This document shows positions 1-13,182 of a DNA stretch of 64,000 nucleotides, in pieces. Numbering within the stretch: the stretch's first letter is position 1; the number at the start of each line of letters is the position of its first letter. Location of the stretch: assembly GCF_964355755.1 (NCBI RefSeq), contig NC_092670.1:9972201-10036200 (forward strand). Reading direction: 5' to 3'. The translations under genes were made by a program, and so were the position numbers. Under the pieces are notes generated by a model that was not told the DNA's origin, searched no databases, and worked only from the letters and a program-made list of their open reading frames with translations. Origin of the DNA: Antedon mediterranea (Eukaryota > Animalia > Echinodermata).

Positions 1-1892
1 AGTGGATTCCAAACTCGCGACGTCAAGCTTGTACGTTGTGTTCTCTCTCCCCTGTCAAACGACGACCACCCGATCATTGTGAAATACATTTTTTGTAGAT
101 TTTCTAAGCTAGGCCTAAAGTGTAATAATAACAGTAGTAGCATATATTTATTTGACATTTAATGAAATACAAAATTTAGTACAGATTACGGAGTCATAAA
201 TTATACTATTTTTATACCTCGAATAGTACAGATCGTATATCGGCTTCACGTACTAGGCTAGGCCTGGATAAGCAAGCCTGCGAGCTACAGCGATTTTAAT
301 TGTTTTTGCTTTAATATCCTTGCCTCCTTAGATTTTCACCTGTCTTGTTTTTGTTACCTTGTTTTAAATGTATTTCGATTTTAAAGGCTAAATAAAGAAT
401 GAATGATTGAATGAAGGCCTAGCCTAAATCATTTTATTCATGGGTGAGAGTCATTTCTGACTAGGGATTCCATGCCACGATGGCTACGTTAAAACATTGG
501 GGCCATCATTCATGGGCCTAGCTAGCCTATTACTAAACGATTGGCCCATAAATAACAAAAGTCAGTGGATTCCAAACCCATCCTATCAACCAAACTCCTA
601 AACAATCTAAACCTAAAACGTTCTACAAAAATCGGCTGTAAATATTGAGGCAAAACAAGGTCCGATCGCCGTCCGCACGTATGGTGTCCCGATCGTCTAA
701 TAAGTAGGCCTGAAATAGGCCTAGTTTACTCTCCAAAAAAGCGGATACTGCATCAAGCAAGTAGACCGGTAGTAGGAAGGAGACCTAGCCTATCCGGCCC
801 AGTTAAAAATTGAGCTAGCTAGTGTAGTAGACCCTATGCGAATTGATACTACCAGGCCTTTTACTATAGGCTACACTTGTTAAAATTAGCAATACTGTAC
901 TTATGTTTACAAATATTCCAACTCTCTCATTCGAGCTATATTATCTATACCATTCCGGTAGGTCGAGTCGACCTTCAATCAAATACTGTACATCGTTCAT
1001 GTTGTAATTTAGACCGGGTATACTCGACCCGACCAGTTTGGTATTGTAAACTGTATCTGCTTATCACGTGACGATGCCAGGCATGGGCAGAGAGAGCACG
1101 TGTATCGTCGTCTCGCTCTCCTCGCTCAGCAGGAATGTATACGTTACGCTTCATTGATTTTGAAGGCTTTCCCTAAGTCAGTGCGAAAATCGGCAAACGT
1201 AAAGTGCAAACTTATCTAATTTTTCACTGTTTTGATGGATTTTCATAGAAAATTGACTTTATAAATGGGAAGACCGACTAAAATTACATCAGATAAGTAT
1301 AATTTTACAAAAGTAATTGATATGGTTAATGATAACGAGTCGTCGGAAGATTGACCATTTCACGAATTTCCTATTCTGTAACCACATTGTGATTTTGCCG
1401 TAGCTGCACTTGTAATCTGGCCTCATTTCACAGCCTTCGTTCTGCTTCACTGGGCGCTTATATAAATTGAAACTTTTACTGTTCAAGAGACAAACAAATA
1501 TATTTTACATTTTTTACTATTCATTTTAAACCCGGAACCCCCCTTTAAAAACATTAAATATCATTTATTTGTACTGCCACTGTTTAACATTCCTAAAGAA
1601 GCTAGAATAAATTATTGTATTCTTCAAATTCGATAAAATCAGTAGAGGGCAGTGTTAAAAAATATTGTCTGCGATTTAAAAATATTATAAAATATATCAT
1701 TTATTTGTACTGCCACTGTTTAAGCTAGAATAAATCATAGTATTGTTCAAATTTGATTGAATAGCGACTCTGTGTAGTACGGCGGAACAGCACTAGTCCC
1801 TGAATTACACATGTGCACTAGAGATCAGATTGATACGCCCTCATCTTTCAGTATTTTAATTCACAAAGTGGGATCTACCTGTTTTTATATAG

Positions 1893-2037
1893 ATATTTTC
1901 ACTGAGGCTTATGAGAGTCTGAAAGATAATATAGTTCATTGGGGTTATCAGCAGTCAAAAGAGGACTACTATCAAGTATTGATAGAGGGCGATGTTGCTG
2001 TATCAACGGCCAAGCACGAGTTTTACGGTGTTGCAAT
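1893..2037 (+). CDS. GTDC1: Internal exon of GTDC1/QTMAN-like glycosyltransferase (upstream exons lie outside the window)
   Basis: Acceptor tttttatatag at 1892, donor gtgagt at 2038. Encodes [48 protein letters not shown](M), which matches the recalled GTDC1 C-terminal motif (HWGY..SK.DY..VL...[13 protein letters not shown]). Confidence 0.88.
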
Positions 2038-2681
2038 GTGAGTAGTTTTAATTATTGTTTAACAGTTCGATTAGGCCCTCTACAGACACACAGAAGCCAT
2101 GGTCCAGATGCCTATCATAAACGACAGGAGCTGAAATGGACCAGTACATTGGGGTAACCCCCTAAACTCTACCGTAAGATGTTTTTTTTTAATGTACACA
2201 AGGCCTATGGACTCCAGTTTTAAGTTTTTTCCAAGATGTCTTGTAATAATATTCAAGGAGAGCCTGGAACCTGTACTAATATGGAATAGCCACTCTATAA
2301 TTTCTTTGCGTTCACCATTATAGCTTTACTCTGATTATAAATTTTGAAATAGTTACTGGAAGCCTGATGTATATTTATTACGTCAGAATGTATAAACAAA
2401 ATATTCAAAAATTCTATCAACTAAAAGTTGAAGTAAATCACGTCTCTGGTCCATTCTCAGTTGCCACACTTGTGTTGTTTACTCTGAAATAGCCGTTCCA
2501 TAATCTCTTTGCTTTCTCATGTCCATTCTACAGTTATCACAGATTGATTAGTTTAGTCATACCCAGTATTGTTTTGGTTTTACAATTAATTGAGAATATA
2601 CCTCATGCAAGTATTTAATTAGGCCCTGTTTCTGCTGCCAACTAAATACCGTAAATTATACGGTATTTTTTGAATACCGTA

Positions 2682-4900
2682 CAGGGCTGCAAATTAAGGG
2701 GTATTTGGTCGCATTTGCGACCTAATTTTTCTGTTTGCGACTAAAGAAACAGAATAAGTCGCGCATAGCGCGACAAGATCGTCTGCTTGTGCAAGTTGTT
2801 TCAAATTGAAGTCGGGTGTGTTTTCCCTATTTCAAACACTGTGTAATTTAATCTCTCTACTACGGAAGGCTCAGGAGTTTCCACTAGTCACCGCCGCCGC
2901 CGCAAAGGAGTCGGGTTCATTCAAGCGTACAAAGCCCTTAAACATTTTACACTCGTTGTGATTGGAAGTTCGTCCATTTAATGCATGCTGCCTTACTCAA
3001 TCACACAAAAGGACACCAAACACACAGCACAGTGTGACGCGCGGACGACACAAACCTCGTGGAAAAATCACCTCCGTTTTAAGAAGGAATATAAAAACAA
3101 TTGTACCTAGCCAGGGCGGGCGCAGTAGATACAAAGGATTGTCGCCGCGCAGTCATCAGCATTTTTTAGGCAGTATAAATGGTTATATCATGATTAATAA
3201 ATAATGTAATTAATGATATATATAATAATATCTATTCATTATATAGATTAAACAGCAGTATTGTTTATCAGTAGATTTAAATACTCTATTCCAGATTCTG
3301 ATTATCGAAAATTATATATCAGAGAAAATACCGCAACTTTTCCTACGAAGCAGCTTCGTAGATAAAACAGGCTACGTTGTTGGCTTTGTAGGTTACATTG
3401 TTTGGCTTCGTTAGTAACCTCAATAAACAACCTCACGATGTTCTTAGTAAGTAACAAGGTGTGAAAATTATTATTTAATGTGTTTTTTTTTACTGGCGGA
3501 GGAGGACCAATTTGTAAATTACTAAGAAATATATAATATAATATTTTTTATTCGTAAATGTTTCATTCGTGTGTGTTTTTTTACTCTCAACGGCGAATAT
3601 AAATTTCCCACAATGTAAACGTAGAGACACGATCCAACACAATGAACTATGCCAACTAATAAAAATAATATAGCGAACGTCCAGTCGATCCAGAAACAAG
3701 CAAACAAAAAGATCGTAAACAATTCATTCTAAATATAGTATCAGAACGTTCAATCGGTCGCTCAAAAAGACTGCCAACAGAAGACCGTAATTAATACACA
3801 CCTAGTTTTTTGGTCACCTGTAATGAAACGCGATACTCTGTTTTACCACCGCAAACCTCTCGCACGAGGGGGATGGCTACAAAACAGTGTACCTGAATTT
3901 TGCGTCACATGAAACGTAATACATCTCTAAACTGTTCCCACGGTTCGCACATTTTTCTCCTCCAAATTCTGGTCGGGTCTTTTGTCGTAATAATAATTTA
4001 CAAAGGCCTATGTTAAATCTTAACATGGAATATATATTTATTTTGCATATATTTTGTTGGTGTCCTAGCCAAGGTGTTGTTTTTATAATTCGCTAAACCA
4101 AGGTAGGATTGAATCATGTAGGCCGCCGAAACTCTCTCTGCGTGAGCTGAGGGCCTCGGGCCCGATTTCGTCTCGTCGGTGGATGTCCTGCCAAATTAAG
4201 ACAACCGATGTGTAGGGCGGCTATAAAAATTAACGTCTAGGAGTTTAATTAGCCAACAATACATGTTTGTTTCCATTGTTTATGCTCCTAACTAAAGGCG
4301 ATGCCATTGGTGTTTACAAATTACTAACCCTACAAACCACCCTACGATCGACGCGTAGATATTATCATAAAATCGTAGGCATGCCAACGAACAATACTTT
4401 GGAAATTACAGGATATGTTTAGCGAACAATGACCTACGATCTATTTACGCGTAGGCTACGAAAGGTTACGCGTATATACAAAGCAGTAATTTCTTTCTGT
4501 ACCGTAAAAATAATAGATCTTGCGTGAATATAACTGGCGCATCAGGACCAGTGCCTAAATGTGCATAACCCAAATTAATTGAATTCTTCAGTGCTGAATT
4601 TTTATGTGCTCAGAAATCGATTGAAACAACCTATAATTACTCAAAAATCCCCCCCCCCCTAAAGCGGGCCATTGGCAGCCCCCTGACCCCCAGCCTAAGG
4701 TTGTACTGTATTTCATTTTTATACACCCCCCCCCCCCACTAAACTAAAAACGGATCTGCGCGGATGGGGTTTGAGGGAAGGGGGTTAGTTGTCGATGAAA
4801 AGGTGCTACTAAAAAAATTGGTGGTGCTACCAAAAATTATTATGAGCCATCATACAAATTTGATAGTGCTACCAAGTAAAAAAGTTAATTTGCAGCCCTG
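2682..4900. mobile_element. Non-autonomous TIR element (hAT-like CAGGG ends) nested in the Harbinger
   Basis: Perfect 16-bp TIR cagggctgcaaattaa / ttaatttgcagccctg; direct repeat CCGTA at 2677-2681 and 4901-4905. Confidence 0.75.
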
Positions 4901-5197
4901 CCGTATATATACGGTATATTTTTGGCAGCAGAAACTGCGCTCATAAAAAATATACCGTATTTTGTATACCGTATTTTCCCCACAAAATTTGTGGATAAAA
5001 TATGGTATTTACAAATTTATACCGTATTTTTTGTACCCGTTTCTGCTGCCAATAAAAAATACCGTATTTTTTTTTTACATGACAAAAGGTCAACATTCGT
5101 ATTTTTATTTTCTGTCGCTGTCAGCTGTTTTACACACGTGTATATATATATTCGGCGAAAATGTGGAGCGAAGACGTCACAGTTTTACTAAATAAAT

Positions 5198-5458
5198 TTG
5201 TGTGGGGAAGCTAAAATGTCTGGCCAACTAAAAGGTAATAAAAGGGACAACCACATTTATAAAGACATTTCTAAAAAAATAAAGCAGGAGTATGGAATAG
5301 ACTTGTCTCCAAAGCAAGTAAACTCAAAGCTGAAGAGCCTGCGAAAGCAGTACAACATTGCAAAATACAATAACTCGGGGAGGGAACGAATTAATTGTCC
5401 CCATTACGATGTTTTCTGTGCTCTCACAACATCTCTTTCACTAGGGCTAGGCTGTTGA
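5198..5458 (+). pseudogene. Myb/SANT-like (trihelix) DNA-binding protein remnant of the Harbinger element
   Basis: HIYKDISKKIKQEYGIDLSPKQVNSKLKSLRKQYN...SGRERINCPHYD fits the Myb/SANT-like pattern of Harbinger accessory ORFs, and it lies inside the TIRs. Confidence 0.65.
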
Positions 5459-5717
5459 AAGTGAGACGTAAAACTTCCTTTATTGCAACTTTTAATTATC
5501 GATCAAATAAATGAATGGCAATTTGGGTAAAAAAGATGAAATTTAACACGACCACCCAAGAAGTATTGTTAGCAGAAACGGGGTACTAAAAAATACGGTA
5601 TAAAAAATACCGTATTTTATACCGTATTTTTATACCGTATTTTGAGCAGTTGCAGCAGAAACAGGCCCTTAGAATTATTTCAGTTTGTTTTATTTTTGCT
5701 CAGTTACTTTTGTCATT

Positions 5718-6655
5718 GGGCCCGTTTCTGCTGCCAACCCAAAATATACCGTATAAATATACCGTATAAATATACCGTATAAATATACCGTATATATACC
5801 GTATATGAAATTCGTGCACCGTTTCCGCTGCACATACTTCGTGGGTGGGTTGTAAAAAAGTTGGCTTTCATTACCCAAAATGCATTTCGTGAGACGGAAG
5901 TATGGATTGACCTCGTGTAGTGAGGTTTTTAACTACCGGTACATGCTGACAAAAACAAAACAATGATGGTTTCTCAAAACGTCGTAGCATTGCTTTCTAT
6001 TTTAAATCTAATGAGCAGAAGTAGCAACGAATTTACACCGCACATACAAGCACAATCTAGAAATGTCACTATAAATAAACTCTGTTATTCAAATTGAGTT
6101 TATATTATGCTATATTATCCTATATTGCCCTTTTAATTTCCATTTTCTATTATACAGTATTTTACCATGATTTTACATCACGTTGTGTAAAAACATTCGA
6201 TTTATTGTAATTAAAATCTTGGTATCGCTTCTGTTGCCATGCAGTCTCCCCCCAACCTTCGCTTCCCCCCACAATTGAATTGGAAAAATAGTGATTTGTT
6301 CGGTCCACAGTGACATTTTGATCTGTTGCTTGCTTTTACACGTGTGTTTCAACTTTCAATGCAGCAGAAAAACCAAAACAAACGCGTCGCGCTCTGTTAG
6401 TTTTTGACCTCGTGTCATGAGTCGGGTCACATTTACGGTATATTTTGGGTGCAGCAGAAACGGGGAACGAAATATACGGTATATTTTGGAATATACCGTA
6501 TAATATCCACAAACGATGGGGATATTTATGCAGTATATATACCGCAAATATATACGGTATATTTTTTATGAGACCCATTTCTGCTGCCAAAAAATATACC
6601 GTATATAAAATATACCGTATATATACGGTATATTTTTGGCAGCAGAAACGGGGCC
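5718..6655. mobile_element. Harbinger-type MITE related to 2622-5668, opposite orientation
   Basis: TIRs gggcccgtttctgctgcc / ggcagcagaaacggggcc, 3-bp TSD ATT, 12-bp tandem aaatataccgta at ~5742-5805, internal TIR-like copies. Confidence 0.78.
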
Positions 6656-6836
6656 ATTGAAACGTAGTAACATTCAATAAATATACAACATGGCATATGT
6701 TGATATTTAAGGTGCTGCAAGGTCCTAAGTATGAACTCCTAAAGATTGGTGTTCTCTTTATTACTGCCCTCTTGTAACCGTACTTTCTTTTGTTGCTATA
6801 GCAACTGATGCTTTTATTAGAACATTTAGGGGTTAA

Positions 6837-7170
6837 AGATGTATTGTCCCCCTGAAAAAATAATTCTTAACAACATTTTTATTGAATATGCCATTTTAAT
6901 GTAACATAATAGTTATCGACTTTGACCAAAAATTGGATTGAAAAAAAATGTATTTATCTGAAAAAAACTGTAATTTAAAGCAAAGAATGGCCAAATTGAC
7001 CAGCCAGTGGGTTTTTGGTTGAATTTAACCATTTATTTAATCAATTTGTAGGTGAAAACATTTTTTTTTCTATATGGAACTGATTAACTTTTTTAAAACC
7101 ACAAAATAACATATTCAAAGTCTGATTTAATTAACCTTTTTTTTTCATGTTTTTGGGGGACAATACATCT
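6837..7170. mobile_element. Kolobok-like MITE
   Basis: TIR agatgtattgtcccc / ggggacaatacatct with TTAA TSD; absent from the paralogous site near 40730. Confidence 0.78.
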
Positions 7171-7275
7171 TTAATAGGTCAAACCCCTTTATTATTTTTT
7201 TTTTTTTAGCTGAAAGTGATTTTTTACACTAATACATTCAAAGCTTTAGATTTAGATCTTAAATTTTGTTTGATA

Positions 7276-7860
7276 CTTTCACTTTACCTTGGAAAATACA
7301 TCAACATTCATCTTGTGTTTGCTTATGTCACTAATTTCTTAGATCAAAACCAATATAATAAGATATATGTAGCTACATGTACATTTTTATTTCATTTTTA
7401 ATCAATTCAAAACAAGATTCAATTTAAAAACTTCAGCAAACATCATTACAAATACTCCTAAAACTACTAGAATATATTTAATTAGAATATCATTAATTAA
7501 AATATAGGAAATACTGATTTATGATTAGATATCAATTTGATTTTATTAATTAAAAAGCAATAATAATAATTCAATTCAAATTCAATTACTTTCACTTTAC
7601 CTTGGAAAATAGATAAACATTCATCTTGTGTTGCTTATGTCACTAATTTCTATAAAAACCAATATAATAAGATATATAATATGTAGGCCTACATTCATTG
7701 TAAGTTTTTATTTCATTTTTAATCATTTCAAAACGAGATTCAATTTAAGAACTTCAGCAAATATTAGATTAAAACACTACTAATTATTAATGAAAATATA
7801 GGAAATACTGATTTATGATTAGATATCAATTTGTTATTATTATATTAAAACAATAATAAT
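7276..7860. repeat. ~310-bp tandem duplication downstream of FReD copy 1
   Basis: Units start ctttcactttaccttggaaaata at 7276 and 7589; the paralogous flank (40868-41130) has a single unit. Confidence 0.75.
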
Positions 7861-8660
7861 GTTACTATTATGTATGTATTAGCATAGTTTTAAATAATAA
7901 AATAAGATTTTTTTACAGAATGAATTGATTAAATTATTTGGTATTACTATAATATTTAAAAATGATTAATAATAAAACATCCATTGTTACTAACTAATAA
8001 AAAATTCCCAAAAAAATAAATTACAGTTGATATGACAATATATTTTATTATTGATGTTATAAAATGTGGATTATTATAATAAATAATCATTTAATGATAA
8101 GGCAAAATTTTACTTAATAATTAGTAGTTTATTTTTTAATTAATTTATATCCAATATTACTTTGCAAAATTCCAAAATAAAAGATTGAATGAATGAATTA
8201 TAAAGAATATAACCAATTAACACCAGATAACCTTTTAATTAAATTAGTAAAACTAAAATAAATACCAATATTATGATTTACTAAACATTATAACACATCC
8301 AAGTACAGTAGTATCTTTTAATAATAATGAAATTTGATATTAATATGTAGTATTATATAGTGGCATATATTTTTAACAATTCTGACAATACTATAATTAT
8401 TATTTAATAAATTATCGTAATCATAAACTTATGTACTGTATGTGATTAAATTAAGACACTGTATATTCAAATAAATTTTATTTCGTCATTATGTTATTAA
8501 ACCAAGGTTTTATTATTCATTTAAAATAATTAATATAACACAAAAAGTATGATAACCAAACATGATTTTGATCTCACTGCAACTTTAATAAAATCAATAT
8601 TTGCCATTTTTTATTATGAGCCAAATTAAAGTCAAATTACTAAAGTTATAATTAATTTTC

Positions 8661-8917
8661 TTATGGTGCTCTTTTAACCATCATAACTATCTTCTTGAGA
8701 CTCTCCCACTTGTTCTTGAAATGATACCAGTTGATGCCTCTGTAATCATATGTATCATATGTATCATATGTAAGGTAAAGGCCATTCAGGTTTGAAGCAC
8801 CACAGTCAGTGTACCACCAAGCACCTTTGTATATCACAGCACAGTTACCACTGTTCTTATCATTGTTTCTGTCTTTGGTTGAAAATTGTTCACCATTGTG
8901 CCATGTCAAAGAATCAC
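8661..8917 (-). CDS. PAN-FReD copy 1, terminal exon 5 (P-subdomain)
   Basis: tag acceptor at 8918-8920. Encodes GDSLTWHNGEQFSTKDRNND..NCA..YKGAWWYTDCGASNLNG...MMVKRAP-stop. The five exons join into 972 nt (323 aa) with no internal stop. Confidence 0.92.
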
Positions 8918-10627
8918 CTAAACAAACAAAACATATCATCTTTAGTTTACTGCATACATGCAGTTTTTTTAATACAATTGTTTTATTTAAACATGTAAAA
9001 AATTAATATATGCTATGTAAAATGATGCATACCTAATGAGTGTTTTGATTAATTTATGTTTTTTTGAGATTCACATCCTGTTTTAGGGGATTTTTTATTT
9101 GTTTAAAATCAAAAAACTTTTTTTTTTTTTCAAAAATAGTGTTCTTGTCTTTTCTTATTCTATAAATTATACAATATGGTTGATTTATTTTACTATATTA
9201 TAATTATAATTTGTTGCTCATTCAATGTTTGCTTATTATTTTACTTGTTTTCCTTTTAATGTATATGAACCATATTAATTCATATAATAATATTTATTCG
9301 ATCATCAATGTAAAAATAACCAGGAATGAGAATAGGCTAAAGCCCAAACAGATTCTGCACTCACTCCATACAACATAAACAGTTAAGATAAAACCATATA
9401 CAAGAAAAATACAAATAAACTATACTATATTACATACAACATGAAATTATGAAAATATGATAAAATTGACATTAATAAAACATTAATATAATTTTTATAT
9501 TTTAACTGAAATATACTTTCAATACAAATGTACTGATTTAAAAAAAACAATGGAAGCGAAAACTAATTTCCAAAGTGTTTAGTAACTACAACATTTAAAA
9601 TAATAACATTTTTAAATGTTAAATTGAAATGTTGTTGTTAAATGTTGGAGCTAATCCATTGAACATTTTGATATCATTTTTAGAATTGTTAGTTTGATTA
9701 ATTAATTTTAGTTGGTTGTGTATATACCTGTAGTAGCTTTTCTTTAATATTGGTCCAATTTCTTTCAGATCTGATATCATGTTGCCTTTTTATCTTTGGG
9801 TAGCATATTGTTAAGTTTAACCTAAATCAATTTCAAATTTCTGTTTTTCTTTTTCTATATTTTTCACATAATACATGATTTGTAAATAAAACAAGGCCAT
9901 ACATGGCTGCGGTCACGTGCTCAAATTTGAGTTAGTGTTTACCGACCAACCGAGTGAGCTGTAGAGTTGCGTTTGCACATGACTAAAAATTAATTAATTA
10001 TTAAACACAACTGTTTTTATAGCTTATATTATACAGTACCAAAGGAAAACTTCATTATACCTGACCTACCGTAGTCAGTGCAGTGATGATGAGCTAGCGT
10101 TTTCAGTCGCTGTATTTTATGTACAAATCTTTATTTTTGCAGGTAAACCACCCACATCATCACCCTTTCCTCACTGGCATGAGCGTCGTAAAGCCAGTAG
10201 AGGATAGGCCTACGGGGCATCACATGCCCTAAATGCAGAACAAGTTTGGTGGGTAGGGTAGGAACCGACTTAAAGTATGAATTTGGCTCTAAGAAACAAT
10301 TGAAAACCATTAGGCCTACTAATTAAGTTGAGTTAGATAATTTACTATTTATTGACGATTAAATCAAATTTATGATTTGCCCCGAATAGAGGTGGTTTTC
10401 GAACGAGCGTACCATCTAGTTTAAACTCAATTATAGGTAGTCATAATTGGTTTGAAAATTCAGTTTTTAATACTCTTAAAGTGATAAATGCAACAACAAC
10501 AAAAGTGCACAGTGTGTATTTTTAATGCAAGGTACAAAGGTGAGGCCTATAAAGAAAAATAATACTTTTAATTCTTTGTTTACTTGAAATGTGTTTTTTA
10601 GTGTAAAAATTGATTGAATGTACTAAC

Positions 10628-10889
10628 CTGCCGTTCCTGTGTATCCACTGATGTTCAAAGCATAGTTAGAGTCCTCAGTATCAATACGAAAGTGAGAATA
10701 TCTTGCAAACTTCATGTCATCCAAGTGGTCAGTCATGTCTATTAGAAGCTCAAAACTGCCATCAGCTGTTAAACGGTTGATTTGTTCATTACCAAGCCAG
10801 AACTCTGTGTTCACATTTCCAAAACCCTCTTTGTATTCTGCCCAATTACGGTAGAAATCAACTGATCCATCTTGTCTTCTCTGTATCAC
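10628..10889 (-). CDS. PAN-FReD copy 1, exon 4
   Basis: cag acceptor, gttag donor. Encodes VIQRRQDGSVDFYRNWAEYKEGFG..EFWLGNE...GYTGTAG, canonical FReD motifs. Confidence 0.92.
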
Positions 10890-11933
10890 CTGATAATGAA
10901 AGGATAGTAATCTATACTCTACAGTCTTACTAAAACAGTGATGTCAAGCCCATCAACTTGAGTAAATAGAAGTAAATGAATTAAGAATCTGACCAGTAAT
11001 ATTACGATTAAGGTACGTCAATATTTTACAATTTAATTTTGATGTTCCTCATTTTCTACAATTTGATTACACTCATTTTACAATAATTATGCAAGTTTTT
11101 GAACATTTAGTGTGATTGTTCTTGCATTATGTTTAGAACATAGTTTTGTTGTGACCTCCAGACAACACTTCAACAAATCGCTCTGCGTGTGCGCAGGTAT
11201 AGTTATGTGTGGGTCGAGAACCCTATTTCTGAAAAGTAACGTTAGTAAAAAATGTGGAAGAATCATTAATTTCTGTTGAACAAAATGATAAATCTAAACT
11301 TATGTTTTTAATAAAGCCAAATACTGTATTATTAGGAATTGTTCATTGCAATAAGCTATTTATCCATATGCAAGTTTTAAACATTCCTAAACAACTGTTC
11401 GCTTAACTATGTTGTGTAAATGAGTAGAATGTTGATGTCATTCGTTAAAGTCTACATGCTCGTGCGAAAGCTCCTTATTTCATTCATGCCATCATCTGTA
11501 AGTCAACATCGCCCTCTATCTATTTTCAAGATGTAAGGAGTGCAGAGTGCGACGTCATATGTGAATGGAATCCCCTTTCCGTTTATTAATTATGAGAGAT
11601 GCTTGTACAATGGCTTGAATATCGTAAATTTGAAAGTCCTTGTACTTCTGGAACGGATTCTATCTGAAATCATACCATTGTTCTCTATTAATTGTTTTGC
11701 TGGTGTCTCTATGGCTGGCAGTTCTTACAGTAACGTATTGTGATGTGTGTTTTAGTAATGAATTAGTAAGCTGTGGCAATGATGTTAGATTTACCTCTGA
11801 TATCTTTAAATAAATTGTAAGTGTCTTTCAAGGATACAAGCAAAATTCAATTTTTTCAAGTAATAAGCTAGTGTGTTATAATGTTAGATTTGCTCCTTCT
11901 GATATCTTTACATAAATTGTTGCCTATACTTAC

Positions 11934-12070
11934 TGTCCATCCTGCATCATGCCTCATGTCACAGTACACAGTAATTTGTGGTCCTCCATCAAATAGCTGT
12001 ATCACATATTGACCACTCACAGCAGAAGGATTATTTTGTAAAATCGTACTACACTCCCTCATAAAACACT
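11934..12070 (-). CDS. PAN-FReD copy 1, exon 3 (FReD N-terminal part)
   Basis: Acceptor ttttag, donor gtaag. Encodes CFMRECSTILQNNPSAVSGQYVIQLFDGGPQITVYCDMRHDAGWT with the FReD SG.Y.I and VYCDM...GWT motifs. Confidence 0.9.
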
Positions 12071-12328
12071 CTAAAATTACAAAGTTTGAAGATCACATAT
12101 TAGATATAACATTGAAATAAGCCTATACATTGAGTGAAACGTCCATTTGGTTATAAGATTAATTTTATAGTAGGTAAATACAAGTGAAAATACTTTAAGA
12201 ATATTAAAGAGAACATTTCCTATAGGCAAATTCAACAGCAACAGTCACGACCAGCAGCCAATCACTAATAATAAATGTGAACCTCCATATAAGAAATAAA
12301 TTTATTTAATAATAAATTGTATACTTAC

Positions 12329-12353
12329 TCATTTTGGAATCAGTGGCCAGGAC
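12329..12353 (-). CDS. PAN-FReD copy 1, 25-nt micro-exon 2 (VLATDSKM)
   Basis: Polypyrimidine tract + cag acceptor and gtaag donor. The 25 nt give exactly the phase 0 to phase 1 shift needed between exons 1 and 3. Confidence 0.75.
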
Positions 12354-12451
12354 CTGAAGAAAAAGGAAATATAAAATAATTAACATAATGACAGTATATA
12401 GATATAGAATGCCGCTATTACTGTAATTTAATCATTACAAACTAGTTTTCT

Positions 12452-12454
<3 letters not shown>

Positions 12455-12518
<64 letters not shown>
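12455..12518. repeat. (GA)n microsatellite in FReD intron 1
   Basis: Long perfect GA tract; shorter homolog at ~54845-54866. Confidence 0.95.
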
Positions 12519-12521
<3 letters not shown>

Positions 12522-13182
12522 CAGCATTTTACAGTAGTTGAAATAGTGAACTTCCCATGGAGAGTGACCACATGATAATGTAGGTGCGTCACATTGGCCA
12601 ATTAGTGTAGATATGCTAGTTTGAAGTCACAACCAAAAACATTATTTTTGATCATACGTCCACTACACAGTCACGCATCATGCATGCGTAGAAATGTATT
12701 CTGATCGAGAATTGTTGGTTGGTTGGGTTTGGAAATAAAATAAAAAAAATATAAAAAAAATAAAAAGATATTAAACATCTCACCATGACAGTAAATCAAG
12801 AACTAAATAAAGTTTCTTCTTTCAAATAATTTTTTCTTTTGGATGATCCAAAAGAATAAAATATTTGAATACTACAGTATCCAGAGATCCAGATGAACCT
12901 TTTTACTAAAGTTTCTTCTTTGCTCAAATCTAATATTACTTATCACTCAATATACTTATACCATGTGTAGTAGACAACACATAATATTCAAATTATGATT
13001 GACAATATTGCTTTTTCACAGGTTTCCCATTCAAAATTATTTGGGCGTAATTATAGATGAAACACTAACATGGGGGCATTCCAAAGTATTTTTGTAAAAT
13101 GGACGTGACATTTTTGAGAATATAACTAGCCATATTTTAGAAATAAAAAAGAATACATAACATATATGGCCATGAATGTTAA

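Larger units (their letters stand above)
2622..5668. mobile_element. Non-autonomous PIF/Harbinger element with Myb/SANT remnant
   Basis: TIRs ggccctgtttctgctgc / gcagcagaaacaggccc, 3-bp TSD TTA (2619-2621, 5669-5671), many subterminal ataccgta motifs. Confidence 0.8.

Noticed and set aside
3320-4500. Possible further nested element with cagagaaaataccgc / gcagtaatttctttctg ends
   Set aside because: Termini match poorly and there is no TSD.
4764-6720. Cluster of short ORFs rich in YTVY/IYRI
   Set aside because: Artefacts of the ataccgta subterminal repeats of the Harbinger elements.
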